Source: Catajapyx aquilonaris
Lineage: Eukaryota
Reading direction: 5' to 3'
NCBI GenBank assembly: GCA_000934665.2
Contig: KZ538136.1
Location: 1 to 64,000 of the forward strand
DNA length: 64,000 nt
Shown in pieces: positions 40,104 to 54,356 of this stretch (positions within the stretch are counted from its first letter, which is position 1; each line of letters begins with the position of its first letter). The translations under genes and the position numbers were made by a program. Below the pieces are notes generated by a model. That model was not told the origin of the DNA. It did not search any database and worked only from the letters and a program-made list of their open reading frames with translations.

Positions 40104-43100
40104 TTCCCTCTAGAGGAGGCAATGGGCTTTGGGCTTTGACGTTCTACCATACCGGAATTATGTCCAATTATTTTGTTATCGTGAACTCATAGTAGAACAA
40201 GTGAAATTTCGTTTATTAAAATCAATAATAAACTACCAACTTCATTTTGTAAATTAGCACAATTTTAGTGTTACTCATGTAATATATTATCATGCGGTCG
40301 TCATCAACAGCATAAGTAATGTCAATCCTGATACATTCCATTAGGTTTGTAGGTCATGAGAGGCGGATGGTTAAACCCTAACAATATCAAACTATTACCA
40401 TGCAGCAAACATGATATAAAACTAACAAACTGTTTACATAAACGCTATTAAGATGTGTGGATTTTTTTTTCGCCCGGGATACAAAATTTCCTGTGCAACT
40501 GCATGCAGTACGATTAAATCCGAGTATATTTTGGCTGCACAGTGGTATAATGCACATACTGCGTGAACACTGCGTAACATGTAGCCTACTCCCAAAATCA
40601 CCATGATTGTACTCACTTCGAAGCTTCGTTTTCTTTACTCTATCATATTCATCCAAATGCCAGTCACAGATGCATGCTAAATATTAATATCTCCAGTGTC
40701 CTGAAACACATAATTACATCTAATTTCTCCCGTTTAAAAATACATACTCCACTCTGAGAAACTCCCTTACAACAACTCAGCATTCATCTCCTTTTAGTAC
40801 CCTCTCCCCCCATCATGTACAAACTAGTTGAAGGTGGAAATATCGCCCCAACCGAGCGTATGTATTACGTCCCTTTTTTTCTGCAATGGACTTCCCTTTA
40901 TTCATCAAATAACGGCCCACTTGGGATCCATACGTTTATTTACGAGACGCGCCTAACCCGACCGTAATTTTTTTCTACCGCGCCCCACGTTTTATTAAGA
41001 TTATAATTAGGTTGGGCCGGTAAAATATCCCCGGTCGTCCCGTCATAAAATGTCTGCAAGTGCTACCCGGTGGCAAGAAGAGTTTTCGTTGGGGGGTATG
41101 AGAGATGGTTGGTAGGCTGGCTGTCTGCAGCCCACGAGCTTGTGCAGCGCCACCGATCATAAATCAGTCGTTTCGCAACAGTTGGAAATCTCCTCCAAAA
41201 GCCTCCTCGCTCATCTCCCTTGCCTTCTTCGAGCCGCCTAGACGTGAGTCAGGCGCCTATTATGGTGCTCATCTGGTTATTATTAAGTTCACGCATTACC
41301 GCCCCGAACAGCGGTATTGCAGTCGAGGCCCCCCAAGATTAAGCGTGCTAGTGCTTGGCAACCATCGAAATATGCAACGGTGCTTCCTATTATTTACTGG
41401 GGCCTGTACAAATCAAGTCAATTTGCAATACGCGTTACTGCCAATATGATGCTCGGGTGAGTTGGTTTTATGCATGCTCTCATGTCGAGTGCATTTTCGA
41501 GATTTTTTTAAAAAAAGGTTATTGGGCGGTGTGTGCTATACGTCAGTTCAGATTTATTGGGGAGAAAGGTCGTTTTTTTTATGGATGCAGACGAGTTGGG
41601 GGTTCAGTGCAGGTGAAATGATCCGTGATACATGTTTACATTGGCTGTTACATTGCAATTTTTTTGGACGCCACACATGTTTTTTTTTAAATACTTTGTC
41701 ACGAGTCAGCTGCCTGTGTGAATATCAAAAGTGATTGAATCGACAAAATAAAATATAATCACCTAGCAGTTCGGTCAGAGCAATCACATCTAGCCTATAG
41801 CAGTTCCACTTCTCCCTTAATAGCCCGGCTCCGAAAGCATCCATTCACGTGGACATTTCTTACCGACATTGAAAGGCTTCTTTAATGGGTTTCTCTCGGT
41901 CACCTTTCGCCGTCAGATCCTGATGACTCCCTCTCTGACTCTAATCTGTAAAATGCGCAGCCTGGTGCTGAAAGCCTATCCAGACCACCACCGCCCCTTA
42001 GCCCACCCTCTTTGGAGCAAGAGGAGGAGGCGGGTTGGGCGATGGAGTTATTAAAGCCCCGAAATCTCTAAAACAAACAGCATTGATCAAGGTAGACGCT
42101 AACACTGTTAGAGGAAAACCACCATCCTCACTAAAAGCGCTGCACAGCTTTCAAGGAAGGCACAAATGTAGGCCATGCCTCATCTTACTGATGACTCGCT
42201 ACGCGGCAGATGTATGGGACTAATTTGTAATAAGCTTACAATTAAGGCATTATAGTCTTGGGGGGATGGTAGGGGAGTCTGATCCGGGAGGCTGCTTCCT
42301 AATATTCCGGAGCTTGGAATCTGCATGAATTTCCTTTTCCCTCTCCTCCACCCCAGCTCCTCTCACACAACCAGACCCTCCCCTACCACCCACCACGTTG
42401 TGTAGCCGCTGGGGAAGTCCCAAGCTCAACCAACACAATTATTGGCACGTCAGCGTTTAAATTGGCCGCTTGCCTCTTGAAGGAACAAAGTGTTCGTGGT
42501 GACGCCGACGTGTTTCGCTTGGACGAGTGTGAAACGATACAGCACCTGTGCAATCCGCAGCATTTCCTTCCGCCGACGGTTTCTCTTGCCAGGGAATCGA
42601 TATTTGCTGGGGCATAGCAGCCAGCTAACCCCAAAAAAGGCGACGGCTTTTCACTTGCACCTTCCAGCCTTAGTTTTTTTACTACTACCTAAGTCCTGGC
42701 ACCGCCGTTCTTGGCACCTCTTGTCATTAGCAGCAGACTCCTGCGTAATTGATTCGCGATTTATGGGGCCCTTGTGCATGCTAGGGTCCAATTCACAAAT
42801 CATGGAAAGATTTTTCTTTCCTGAAACTTAGGCAATACTTGGAGCCCTTACTTTGGACTTCAGGAGAGTCCCTACATGATGTGGTTCAAATATCAGGGTG
42901 AGACACAATATTATGTCGCACAAACGCACAGATGTACAAAATAGCATGAAAATGAAAAAAAATCTAACATTTCTCATCCATGTAGTTGAAGGAGTTGATT
43001 GTTCCCGTCCACCTAGATAACAGACACTGATCCTAACCTATTTCCGACCATGTCACAATGGTTCGATATTCGGTACATTCAACCCTTGACATCCAATCGA

Positions 43101-43469
43101 TAGGCCAGTCCATTCATATTCGGAAATCTGTATGTAACCTGTCATGCTTAAAAATTAAAACCGTTTACTTACTAAGAGCCTAATTGCCTCCAGATATTAC
43201 ATACCTGAAAGAAAGTACTTGGGAAAGACTTTGGAAGGCTCGGTATGAAAATGTGCAACAAAACCTTTTCTAGGGCGTCACTTGCATTGCATTAATCACT
43301 CCGGAGATGACACGTAGCACCCACCCTGCCTAATCCCCTCCCTTTCGTACTCCTTCAAATTGCAAAGTCCTTGATGGATGCGTCTGATGGTTACTCCACC
43401 AACCCCTGATACTTTTTCCTCCTCTTTTTTTCTCCAGCCAAAAAGGAAGGCTCCAGTCGAAAGGGAAAG

Positions 43470-43489
43470 TCTCTCTCTCTCTCTCTCTC
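43470..43489. repeat. (TC)n microsatellite, ~10 units
   Basis: Seen directly. Confidence 0.9.
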
Positions 43490-43853
43490 CCTCGGACGGT
43501 GTATATGTATACAGTTGAGTACTTATACTCCGAGGGTTTCTGGAAACGCGGGGCGTTTTCCTACAAAATACGCGCCAGACACGAGAAAATATGAGTCTGC
43601 GTTCCTACTTTGTGCATCCACTAATGCCCAACTTGCTAAGCTTGATGTATCGCCTCTTTCACGGCGCCTGCTCCCGCACAATCTAAATCTTATATGCAGA
43701 TTCTGAGGAAGCTGCCCTGCCATGTTACAAACATCACATCTTTATTTACGACCCGGATTCATTTCCATGGGACATGAGGAACACAGCATTACAATGCTCG
43801 GAGTCTCTGCAGTAGGGTTGCTACGAGTAGATCCTTTTGTGCTACGTAAGGTA

Positions 43854-44083
43854 CACTGAAAAAAAAAAACTGATTGGTTGCGTGAACTAACCAAAATATT
43901 TGGGTTGGATGGTATGGGATTGTTTCAACCAAATATTTTGTCAGCATATCAACTAAATATTTGCATTGAACCAAACTTATTTCGTTACTTCAGGCAAATG
44001 TTTGGAAACCCTATTATATTAACGTTTCGATTTGGTTGAATGAAACATTATTTTGGTTCGTTCAACTAAATATTTTTTGAATG
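43854..44083. mobile_element. ~230-bp MITE-like non-autonomous TIR element
   Basis: Ends CACTGAAAAAA ... TTTTTTGAATG (9/11 inverted match), each flanked by TA. Internal sub-repeats aaccaaaatattt / tcaaccaaatattt / tcaactaaatattt (x2), plus inverted tttggtt copies. Confidence 0.65.
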
Positions 44084-47000
44084 TACCATTCAGTTCATGT
44101 GTACAATATTTTTGTAACAATGAGCGTTGTAGGCCAACCTTTCCCTAAATTCTGGCAATATAATCAATACTGCCGGCACATTTGCATAAAAGGAATCAAA
44201 TGTGCTTTGTGGCACGAAGCACGTCATAACGCATTATTTCCAATAATTTATGCCGCAGGTAGGCCGAGAGAGACCATTGAAAAAATGTCAAAAGTCTGTG
44301 TAGTCAGAAATATTGTAGTTAGATAAAGTCAGCCGAGATCAAACGATTGCTCAAGTCGGCCTCTGTGCGATAAATTAAACATGACCGGCGAACCAGGCCA
44401 GGATTAATTTTCTTTTCAGAGTCGCACGGATTAATCACCATAAGCACGCCACTGATTAAAATCCTTCACTGTAGGCTTTGCCCTATTCAAGTAGATCATG
44501 CGCGGAATTATCATCCCTGCCTCACACTCAAGGCTGAGGCATTATTAATTTAATGCAGCTGTCAGATACAATTTAAATCACCCAGACTGAAGAAACGGAA
44601 TTTATGACCATGCTCATAAATCCCGTTTTAGAGAGAGAGTGGGGGGGGGGGGGGGTCGGCCTAAAACTACGGCGCACTTGATGTGAGTACATGGCTCAGA
44701 AGGAAAGAGGTTGCAGAAGAGACATCCCGGGGAATCGATTGGTTCAGGTGAAAGATTGGCCTGGGAGAAGAGGCGGGGGGTAATGACGTGTTTGCCGATC
44801 GTATATAGACCTCTTTTTTTTACGGACAGACGTGGAGAAGAGTAGGTGGGAAGGTGGACAAAAAAGGAGGGGTACAGGCAAAGAAACGTTCCATCCTTTC
44901 TAAATTGCCAGCGGATCCGCAGCAACAACCCCAAAATTGCCAATTATAGCTCGCCAGCTAACTGGGTTCTCTCAATAAAAATCGACTCATCTGTGATTTA
45001 GAGTTTACTCTAATGGTTCCCCCATCTTCTCTCGAGTCTGTTTTGACACCCCTGTCCTCTGGATGTGCGCAGGTAATGATCCTGACTAATTTCCTCTGGG
45101 TCTATGCGCCCATGACAACAACCGCGCTTGTCAAGATACAATGGCAGGCAATTTTCGCGTTCAATATTGGGCCAACCTTTCCAAACTCCCTACATATACT
45201 CGGGCTAAGGGGTGGGGGAGGGGAGGAAAAATAGAACAGGAGGTACGAGAGGGATAACAAAAAAGGTCATGAGTTTAACCGAGAGGCATCTGTGGGGGTC
45301 GAATTTCCTCCTTAGACCTCTTCAGAGGGACGATGAAGCCCCTTATCTGCCAGGGCACGCTTTGCGTTGCAGAGATGGAGGATAGGGTACGGGGTAGAAG
45401 GAGGGGGGCAATTACGAGATAGAAACGACAGGAAGAAGCTCTTGGCTTCAATGCCTCGGCCGCAACTCAATATTGAGGCCGGAGCTAGCTGTCTTCATTT
45501 CTGGCTGGCGCATTGTGGTTGGTGGCTCCACCACCTTGGCAGCCATCTTTGGGGGGAGGAGGTAGGGTGTGGTGGAGTAAGGGGAGGCCAGATCGTTAAA
45601 GACTCCAAAACGGTAAAATAGGGCTAGAGTTACTCATCCGGGACAGCGTTGCCAGGTAACTCCTTCATGTTTCATAGACTATAGAGTCGTTTCTCATTCA
45701 AGACTATGTAGGATGGAAACATATCACTTTGGAAATGAATCACGGTAGGGCTATCTGCGCTAGGGAGCGGCCGTTTTATATATACAAACTTTGCGAAAAT
45801 CTGCAAACAAGCCGGGAAGTACAACAGACTCAGCGCTTTCTGCTAGAACAATGCTGCATGTTGAAAATGGTGTTCTGAAAGATCGAAAGGAGGGGGGAAA
45901 AACGAGGATTCTGCTTTCCATTACATCAGGCTTTGTGCTGCTTTCACTTTGCTGCAGAAAATAACAAGGAAGAGTTTGCACATTACTTTGGTGTGTCTCA
46001 TGTTTCGCTTGCCTTTTACAACTTGTAGCTTTCCTCTGATAATCTCACGAACTGTAAATAATAAAATTCTCTTCTTCAACCATGTTTATCCGACTCAAGC
46101 TTAATTTCACAGCGAAATATGAGAAATATTTTAATATACTTGAGAGTTGCCCCCGTTTTAGCAAAGCAGATACTATTTTTGAAAGAGAAAATGTAGGTTA
46201 TGATATGGGAATATAAAACCGAGGCGAGATATTATGTTGCGCACCTCAGATCAATATCCGAGATCCTTTGTTTTTAAAGTTTCATATCCCCCATTTTGAT
46301 ACATCCCAAAGCTCTCAAAGTAGGTCTGCAATATGTACACTACAATACTGTAATTAATATTTTACTCGTATGGTATAATTAATTTCCAATTAATCATAAT
46401 GTCATCACGGCTGATATAATATTAGTTTGTCATCACATAATTATAGCCTTTTTGTAAAACATGATTGCATTGTATAGAATATAGATTCACTTGTCTTGAA
46501 ACTTACAGTATTAATAGTACCAAATCAAATGTCACATAAATATTACGTATTCATACGTGTACATATTACAACTGTTTTCTTGGAACTGAAACATTAAATA
46601 GGGCCTACTTGTTATTAAAATGTATTATTGTCCATTACCATGCGTGTTCATTAAAATGTTCCTTCAACAGGGTAATTTAATGAAGAAAATCACAATTTTA
46701 AATTGCGAATATAATTCCAGAAAATTAAATAGCAACCACGAATCAAGTAATGTATGCCTGCAACAACAGAGTACATAAGTCTATAAAGCACTGTATGTAA
46801 ATGAGAAACTTTCATTTAGTAAGGCTGGACATCGTACATCTCGTCACACACTAGCACTGAACAGTTTGAAGTACAAAGGACTTTAAAACCTATTGAAAAA
46901 ATTCTCTGCCGCAATATTATAGCTGTTACAGTTACGTCACGTAAGGGACAAACAGTTTTCAAGCAACTATGGAGGCAAAGGGATCTGCGGTAGTGTTTTC

Positions 47001-50000
47001 CTGCCTCCCGGCCCAGAGCCAAATGCAGTGGTCATTTGGATGAGCTGTTACAGTGCTAAGCTCCAAAAGGTCAATGTCAATTATCACCAATGTTTATTGA
47101 CGTATCGCTTTCGGTGCCACAACTGTCACACAAGTAGGACTACTAAAAACTGCGAAATGTATTTACATTTGGCGCGTAACTCTAAATGATGTTTCATTGG
47201 GGTTTCATTACACAATTTTACAAAACACAGCACAATAATTATAATAAATTTTGTTATAATTAAATGTCAGCATGTCACACCTTCTTGATGTTACAATCTT
47301 GTTTGTTACAGTATAACGTTTGACTATCCGTGTCACGTCTATAAAATTAATCCATACTGTGCCCATTGTAAAACAGCAAGCATTTTTGCGACAAAAGTTG
47401 CAAGGAGCAAGAGGCGACCGAGGAAAGCAAAAGGCGCATGCATCCAAATAAGCCGCTAAAATCTTCTGATAGATGAGCTGTCGATCCCATTCTTTGTGAA
47501 TCTAACCTTTGTTTCCTCAAAGTTTGGAAGAAAAGAAGGGAAAGTGGGGCCTTCAACATGCAGGAGCTGTGAGCATCGGAGCTGTCAAAAGGATCTCTGC
47601 AAAGAAGGGCTGCTGCTGATCGCGTCTCATCCTAGATTTGGCTGCTGCCCGCCTTCTATCCTTTCGGGGCCCACAGAGCCATTTATTCCTACGACCTTAG
47701 ATCCACAGATTGCTTTTCTTGTTTCTCGATTCCAGTCCACTATTTACTCCCAGTGTGGACATGCAAGTCTAAACAACGCAACAATTTCAGGCATGCACCT
47801 CCCTCTGTTGCATCATGGTGAGCATCACATTCCATGCATGACATGGCTGCCTATGTCATACAAAATTAGCAAACATGCATTTTTCAGCAGTTGGCAAAAA
47901 TCATAACCACCACCTGTTTTAACAATGAGATCCCCCCCCTCCCACCCTGACGCACACAGGTTCGAACAATTCCTCTTTTCCATTGCCCAAATTGTGGTTG
48001 TGATATTCATCTGTCTGTGGTTGGTAACATTACCCAACTACTGGACCTCTTATTGTAAATATCCAAACCACTACTGCGGTCTGCCCATGTGAAATAAACA
48101 TGTTTACGTGCCCCCGTACAATGTGTCTTGATTGAATTAATTATTGCTATGTGGCTAACAGCCATTATCGCAATTTAGACACAATGACACACTGCTATTT
48201 AAATGCCCACAGCGTCGCCAATGCTCATTATGCATCCTAGCCACTTCTTTCATCATTAATAGCACCATTCTTCGCCACTGTGCTGGCGTCAACAGGTACT
48301 TGTGTATGCAGGAAGCTCTGCACCCGTTCCAAGCCTCTTCGTATAGCTCCGACATTATTTCCATCCTTCACCTTAAGTCAAGAGGAACTAGAAACTCGGA
48401 AATTAGATTGACCTACAAATCCTTATTTTGGCATTTTTAAGGAGCTGGTCGTGTCAACATCATAAAAAATCCGTCAATAATATAGCCCATTTTGATTTAA
48501 ATACATAGCTTTATTGGATTCATCAAACGAATAAGGCGGTCAGGCCGGAAAATATTCCGTTTGTGGAAATTAATCTATTTGCACAGCCAGATGGTGCCGA
48601 GGCCGGTCCAACTCCACCTGTCCCCTGGCTGCAGAGTTCTACGAACTGTTTCCAGTATCGTATATCGGAGGCAACGCTCTCGCTTCCCGAGCGTTTGATT
48701 TAATTTCGATTGGACTTTTTCGCCCAGCCAAGTGCATAATGTGAACTGGTACCTGACACAGTCACACACTGTACAGAAACAGTATTGTTTATCGCAGAAA
48801 TTAACAGATACGCGGGGAAAGACCCGGGATTATTTTGAGGTCTCATATATTATTAATTCCAATGAACTTCGCCCAGTTTACAATTCAATTGAGTGCCCAC
48901 AATCGGAGCAGAGAAATAAGCTCCCGAGAGAGTCGCAACCAAGTTTAGAAACAGTGCAAGTACCCCACGCGTTTCAACAGTAGAGCCTCGGAGGACACGC
49001 GCCATCGTGTGTCCGGAATAGGGATGGCTTTTTTTCCTCGGAAATTCCCTTTTCTTCAGGATGGCGTGGCGGCGCACATCCGGGGCTTCGGCCGCCATTT
49101 CCAAAGCCAACCAAGAGGAGCAGACTCCCCTGTTCCGCCAGATTTCCAGCCGAACAAAGGGACATCCCCTCCAACTCGGCGTTTCCGAGTATTTTGCACT
49201 CTCGCCTTCCACACGTTTCTTCCTTAGCTTTATTCCCCCTTCGCTAGCTCCCTCTTCATCCACCCCCTCCCCTTACTATCTCAGGGTTCCTGACCAAAAC
49301 TTTCTCGACAGCGGCCTTCTGGCTCCAGTTGGGCCAACTTTCTAGTCGATACATTTCCGCAGGGATTAGCCAGCTAGGCTGAAGTACAGCGCTAGACATG
49401 GGATTTTGCCCTTGTCTTCACGACAAACGAAAAATAATAGGACCCTCTGGTCTAGCTGCTCATCGTGCAAGATTTATCAACTGGACAAAATGAGACTTTT
49501 GGTGGCGGTTTTCAAATGTCAAGCAGAACTGTAACAACCACCTTGGTTTGCAATACAAAGCTGTCCGAAATTATTCAGCTGGTTTAAGTATTGATCATGT
49601 ACTACTTCTGTCCTAGCAGTCTGTCGAAAATGACGAAGACCAGACTATTACGTATTTACTCTATTTACACACCTTTACATTTGGCTTACTTGAACATGCC
49701 TTGGGCTCAAAAGGAAGTTCCTAAGTATATCATGCATGCCCTATCCCACATAAGGGAAGTAAAAAAATGTGGTAATAAATATTAAAATTAAATATTAAAT
49801 TTAAAATTTCCATTGGGTTTGTCTCAAAGAAAATACGTAGGCTATAAGTATGTAGGCAGTGTAAGTACACTCAAAGATTGCATACAATTTCATGACACAA
49901 ACCATATTGACCAATTTCCGAAGTTCTTAATGACAGAGATATTGCTTAAACTTCGTCATTGCAAGCGCACATAAACCTCCTCTTCTCATTATACAGCCCA

Positions 50001-50562
50001 AGATGAAAGAGATGCAGAAAGTGTGTCGCATCCCCAAACAAAGTAATACCATCGCGACCGACTTTTCAAATTGTTAATCAAGTTCAGGCAAGTGCACGGG
50101 AGCAGTTAATTGGGCCGGCTCAAGCCTACACGAAGCTAAGAGAGAGCTAAGATCATGTAGCTCATTACATGCGAGAATTCTGAACCATATTTTTAGATTG
50201 TATAAATTACGAGGTGCGGGAAGTACTCGCAGATAACCAAACCCTAATTAGGCCGCGCTCGTTAAAAGAAGTCGAGCTGCTCGCCAAGTCAACGCGACAC
50301 GCAGGTTTAATACGCTCGCATGCAAGCAAAGACGGAATAAGTAGCTAACCAGAATATTCTGGAGACATTGTCCGTTTGTATTATATTTCGAGTGCAAAAG
50401 TCTGCAGCTGACATTACGGAAAGATCCGGCAGCAACCAATGCAAATGAAAGTCCGCCTTGTCGGGCAATCGAACAATTCCCATTAGCAACACTTGACGCG
50501 TCTTTGCAAGCGTGGATGGAAGAAAATGGAAAACTAGTTCTCTTTCCTCCTTCCGCGCAATG

Positions 50563-50594
50563 GTTAATGCTTCGGTTAAGTTAATGCTTCGGTT
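50563..50594. repeat. Short tandem duplication (17-bp period)
   Basis: gttaatgcttcggttaa followed immediately by gttaatgcttcggtt. Confidence 0.8.
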
Positions 50595-52616
50595 GCTAGG
50601 AAAGTTCCGGCATTTGCATACGATACCATTTGACAAATCCAGCGCTATCTCTCCTCTACCGGAGAGTTCTCTGGTAACTATGGAGGGAAGGCATCTCGCC
50701 CAAGAACGTCCATAAAGAAAGGCGAGGGCCTACATTTACAGCATAAACGGAGTGTTCCCCACTCTGCCAATTAAATATTCAGCCATCAGAACAGTTTTGG
50801 AGCCCGGGCTTCACCTAAGCTTCCCCCTGAAGCTGCTAGCAGGCCTTCTCCTTAATGAAAATAGAATTTCCTTAGAAATGGAAGGGCGGAAAAGGAACAG
50901 TAAAATGCCTCTGGTACGTCTAGAACTCGGGCCTGACCCCAAAGGCGACCAGAAATTCTCATAGGACCGGGGTATAACCCTCTGCTCACTAAAACCTGTT
51001 TAATGCCATGTAATTTTCTGGATCGCGCCCATTATTCACGGGTTGGCGATAGAGGAAACTGGACGATTTTACATACCAATCACAAACGTCAATTATGGTA
51101 ATTAAATCCCGGGTTCTGCAATTTGACAGATTTGGTCACACGGGAAACGTGAGGGTAAATTATTACTGCCAGCAGCAGGCAAGAGACGAGGAGAGGAAGC
51201 TTCTGCAATCATCATATTGGGTTTATCTTCCTAAAATGTCAGGAGACACCGGTTAAGAAAATGAAAGTTGGCAGACAGACTCCAGCATTTAAGGATATAA
51301 AAAGTGCTCACGCGAATCGAACTTTTTCAACGATACTACTGACACTTTAAAAGAATGCAGCAGAAATGGAGTTACATCGACTGTAACGTATCTAGGAAAG
51401 AACTGAATCACTTTCCTGAAGTGCTCCACGCACATATGTACTGTCTGATTTAGCTTAACCCTGAGTTTTATCACGTTCTTCCTCCTCTTCGCACCTCCTT
51501 CCCAATTCAATAGACCCAATATGCACGTCCTTTCATCCCTAAATCCCACATAACCATCCCATGGGAAGAATCGGAAATAGGCCTAACCCCTGTTGCACGA
51601 GAGAAAGAAGAGAAGTAGAGAGGCGCAGGGCAAAAGACGAGAGGAAAAAACCACGTGAGTATATATCGTATGAAAATGGCCACATCCTCTTTCCGGATAC
51701 TGGGATTTGCTTTTGTTCGTTTCCTCTCTCTGGGAACCAGAAGGTTCCCCATCACCTCCAGATATTGCGTGCTCTGCCTGGCAAAATCTGATTCCGGCCC
51801 TGAGGAGGAGGTCAGCAGAAAGTGGGGAGAGTTAGCATGAATTCCGATCAGGACTGAGCCCTCAATTTATTGAGAAGGATGGAGCAAAGACCGAGAAACC
51901 TGCTACATATTAAGGCCCGCGAGTACGCCGAATACCTTCTTCTGAGTAAGACACTGACTTTCCAAGTGGGCCAAGGCTTCTAACTCGGAAAAGAGAAAAA
52001 AAATCACTCCGCTGCAAACTTTATATTCATTGCATCATAAATATTAATAAGTTCAGTTCTGATATTCCATGTACTTGTAAAAACGATTCTGCTCTAGAAA
52101 TTAGGCAAATATGTGTAAAGGAATTAGGTTCCGCGAATTATTAAATGCCTGCTTTAGCAAAGTTGTAACTTTCAGATATGAACGCGATAAATCTTGATGA
52201 ATTTTTGTCTACATAGATAAGAGCTCTTTATATAGCCTGGACATTTTTACGCTGGGCAGCGTGCAATATGAGCAATCTCCGGACCAGTACACAAATAAAC
52301 GCAACATAATTATTGCAACAAATCCTGACCCCTTCCAAAGGATAACGCTTTTGCCGCGGCGATAAAGAGAGATTTCGCTAGTTGTAATGCCGTTGAAACA
52401 TTATTCCAAGCATTATTCCATAATATCAAGCACCAACAAAGAGCTCCAAAATGCGTCACTGCAATCAACTACATGCAAGAAAAATTGTCACCTGATCCAA
52501 TCGTCATCCATTTGCCCGAATATTAAAGCCGCAATGAATGCATTATTTATACCGTTACAGTTTCAAAGCGGAAATGAGCCGCAATATCCTAAACCGCACA
52601 GTGTCAACAAACAAGT

Positions 52617-52675
52617 CCATACCGCGCATTAGATATTCCCGTGCATACTAGTAATATCTAATCCGCGTTTATTGG
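52617..52675. repeat. Inverted repeat / hairpin
   Basis: cgcgcattagatatt ... aatatctaatccgcg (14/15 complementary), 15-nt loop, imperfect extension outward. Confidence 0.75.
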
Positions 52676-54356
52676 TGCAATCCTAACTTTGGCAGACCCT
52701 TGCGGGTAGGGCAAAAATTTCCTGCCGTTGAGTGCGCCGCATACGTAATTAGAGGGAATTTCCATAGAATCATGAAGTGCGGCCTTTGCATAATTGATGT
52801 GCCGTCAAGGAATAACAATTGCAAGGGAGTGATGCGGCCTAGCTCGTCGTCCTCGTGTTGGAAGGGTGGCAAAACCATCAGGCCCTGCATAGGCCCGACT
52901 ACTGATGAGCATTTTTGCATCCATGCCCGCTTCATTGGCAATCCTCCACCTTATCACCGCGCAAATTAACCGCTCGCTTCGCAGCCTGGAGGAGCGATTT
53001 CCACTGGTCCACATTCCCAGATGATGATTCCCATTCATGCGTGGCTCCGCATCCTAAGATAAGCCTCTCCCACAGCATCCTCATTCAACCGGCGTCAAAC
53101 GGCCATCCAGACTCCAAAGTTATTGAAAATCCGACCATGCTGAGGCCCGAGCCTTCTCTACAACCTTTCGCACGCGGCCATTTGCTGCACTTCGCCTCGC
53201 AGGACAAATAGGCCTGGCTCAGCGATACCCTCTACTTACAGGAATGCATGCCAGCCTCTGGAAATCGATCCTCTGGATTTTTACAGCATTCAAACTTTGC
53301 CCCAGCGTCCCCTTTTGGCCTGCCCTAAACTCAACTGCTTTTCCGCGGGCATAAACTGCTTCAAACTTGCTGTAAGCCCAGCCTGCATTTACTCCGGGCC
53401 CACTGCCGGACCTTCTCGTCGAAAGATATGCCGGCGAAAACATGTTCGCTGCTTAGAGCTTTTGCATGTCGCGCCTCAATTTACAGGGAGTCAGTGCTAT
53501 AGTCACCTCGGACACGCGACAATTGGCGTTCGTTAAAAATATGGAGGGAAAATCAGACAGGCAATTCCATCTGCTGTGCTGCAGAAAGTAGAATGCCATT
53601 TATAATATTTTAGCTTTGTCAATATTATTGACACATGCTCAGCCACAGGCGTTAGAATATAATTTATTGTAGTACTGTCAAAAGGAAAAATTCTCCACCA
53701 GTATGTCAAAATTAGTTGTATACAGCACTGTGTTGTTTTGTGTCAGAATTAGGTGGGGCTGACATTAGATCTGTATGGAGTTACATAAACTTGAAGTTTA
53801 GTAATAGTATTACTATTATTAGCATGTGTTATACGAGTAGTTGAGATAATAAGCTTCCTTTTAAAACAATCAATATTCGCGGTGTTTTTTTTACCATTCC
53901 GAGTCACAATATCGAATTCCTGGTCACTAGATGACCACTTGATGTGGAGGTGTCACTTGGTCTAGGCAGCTTGGTTACAGAGATAATTGGCTTTTACACA
54001 CAGGTATAAAATATTCTGACATGTAGACTATAAATCCCACCACACTACTTTGCATTTTCAATTTAAAATAGAAGCTTATCAGCCGAGAGAGATGCTGTGT
54101 GCGTGTTGTGTGTGAGACTCATTAGGTGTAGCTGGCCGTGACCCTGACACTGGCAGTATGGAGGGCTACTCGGCACAAAATGCATCGTACTTTTCAGTAA
54201 TGATAGCCAGCTCATTAATGAAGCTGCAGCTACCAAATGACATCTCTGCATAAAATTACCCTCGGGGCCCAGGTATGCCGCTTTATTTTGTCGATATCAT
54301 TACAAAACACCCTGCATTTCACCATTTATTGTCGGAGCACTATTACGGTATAGGCC

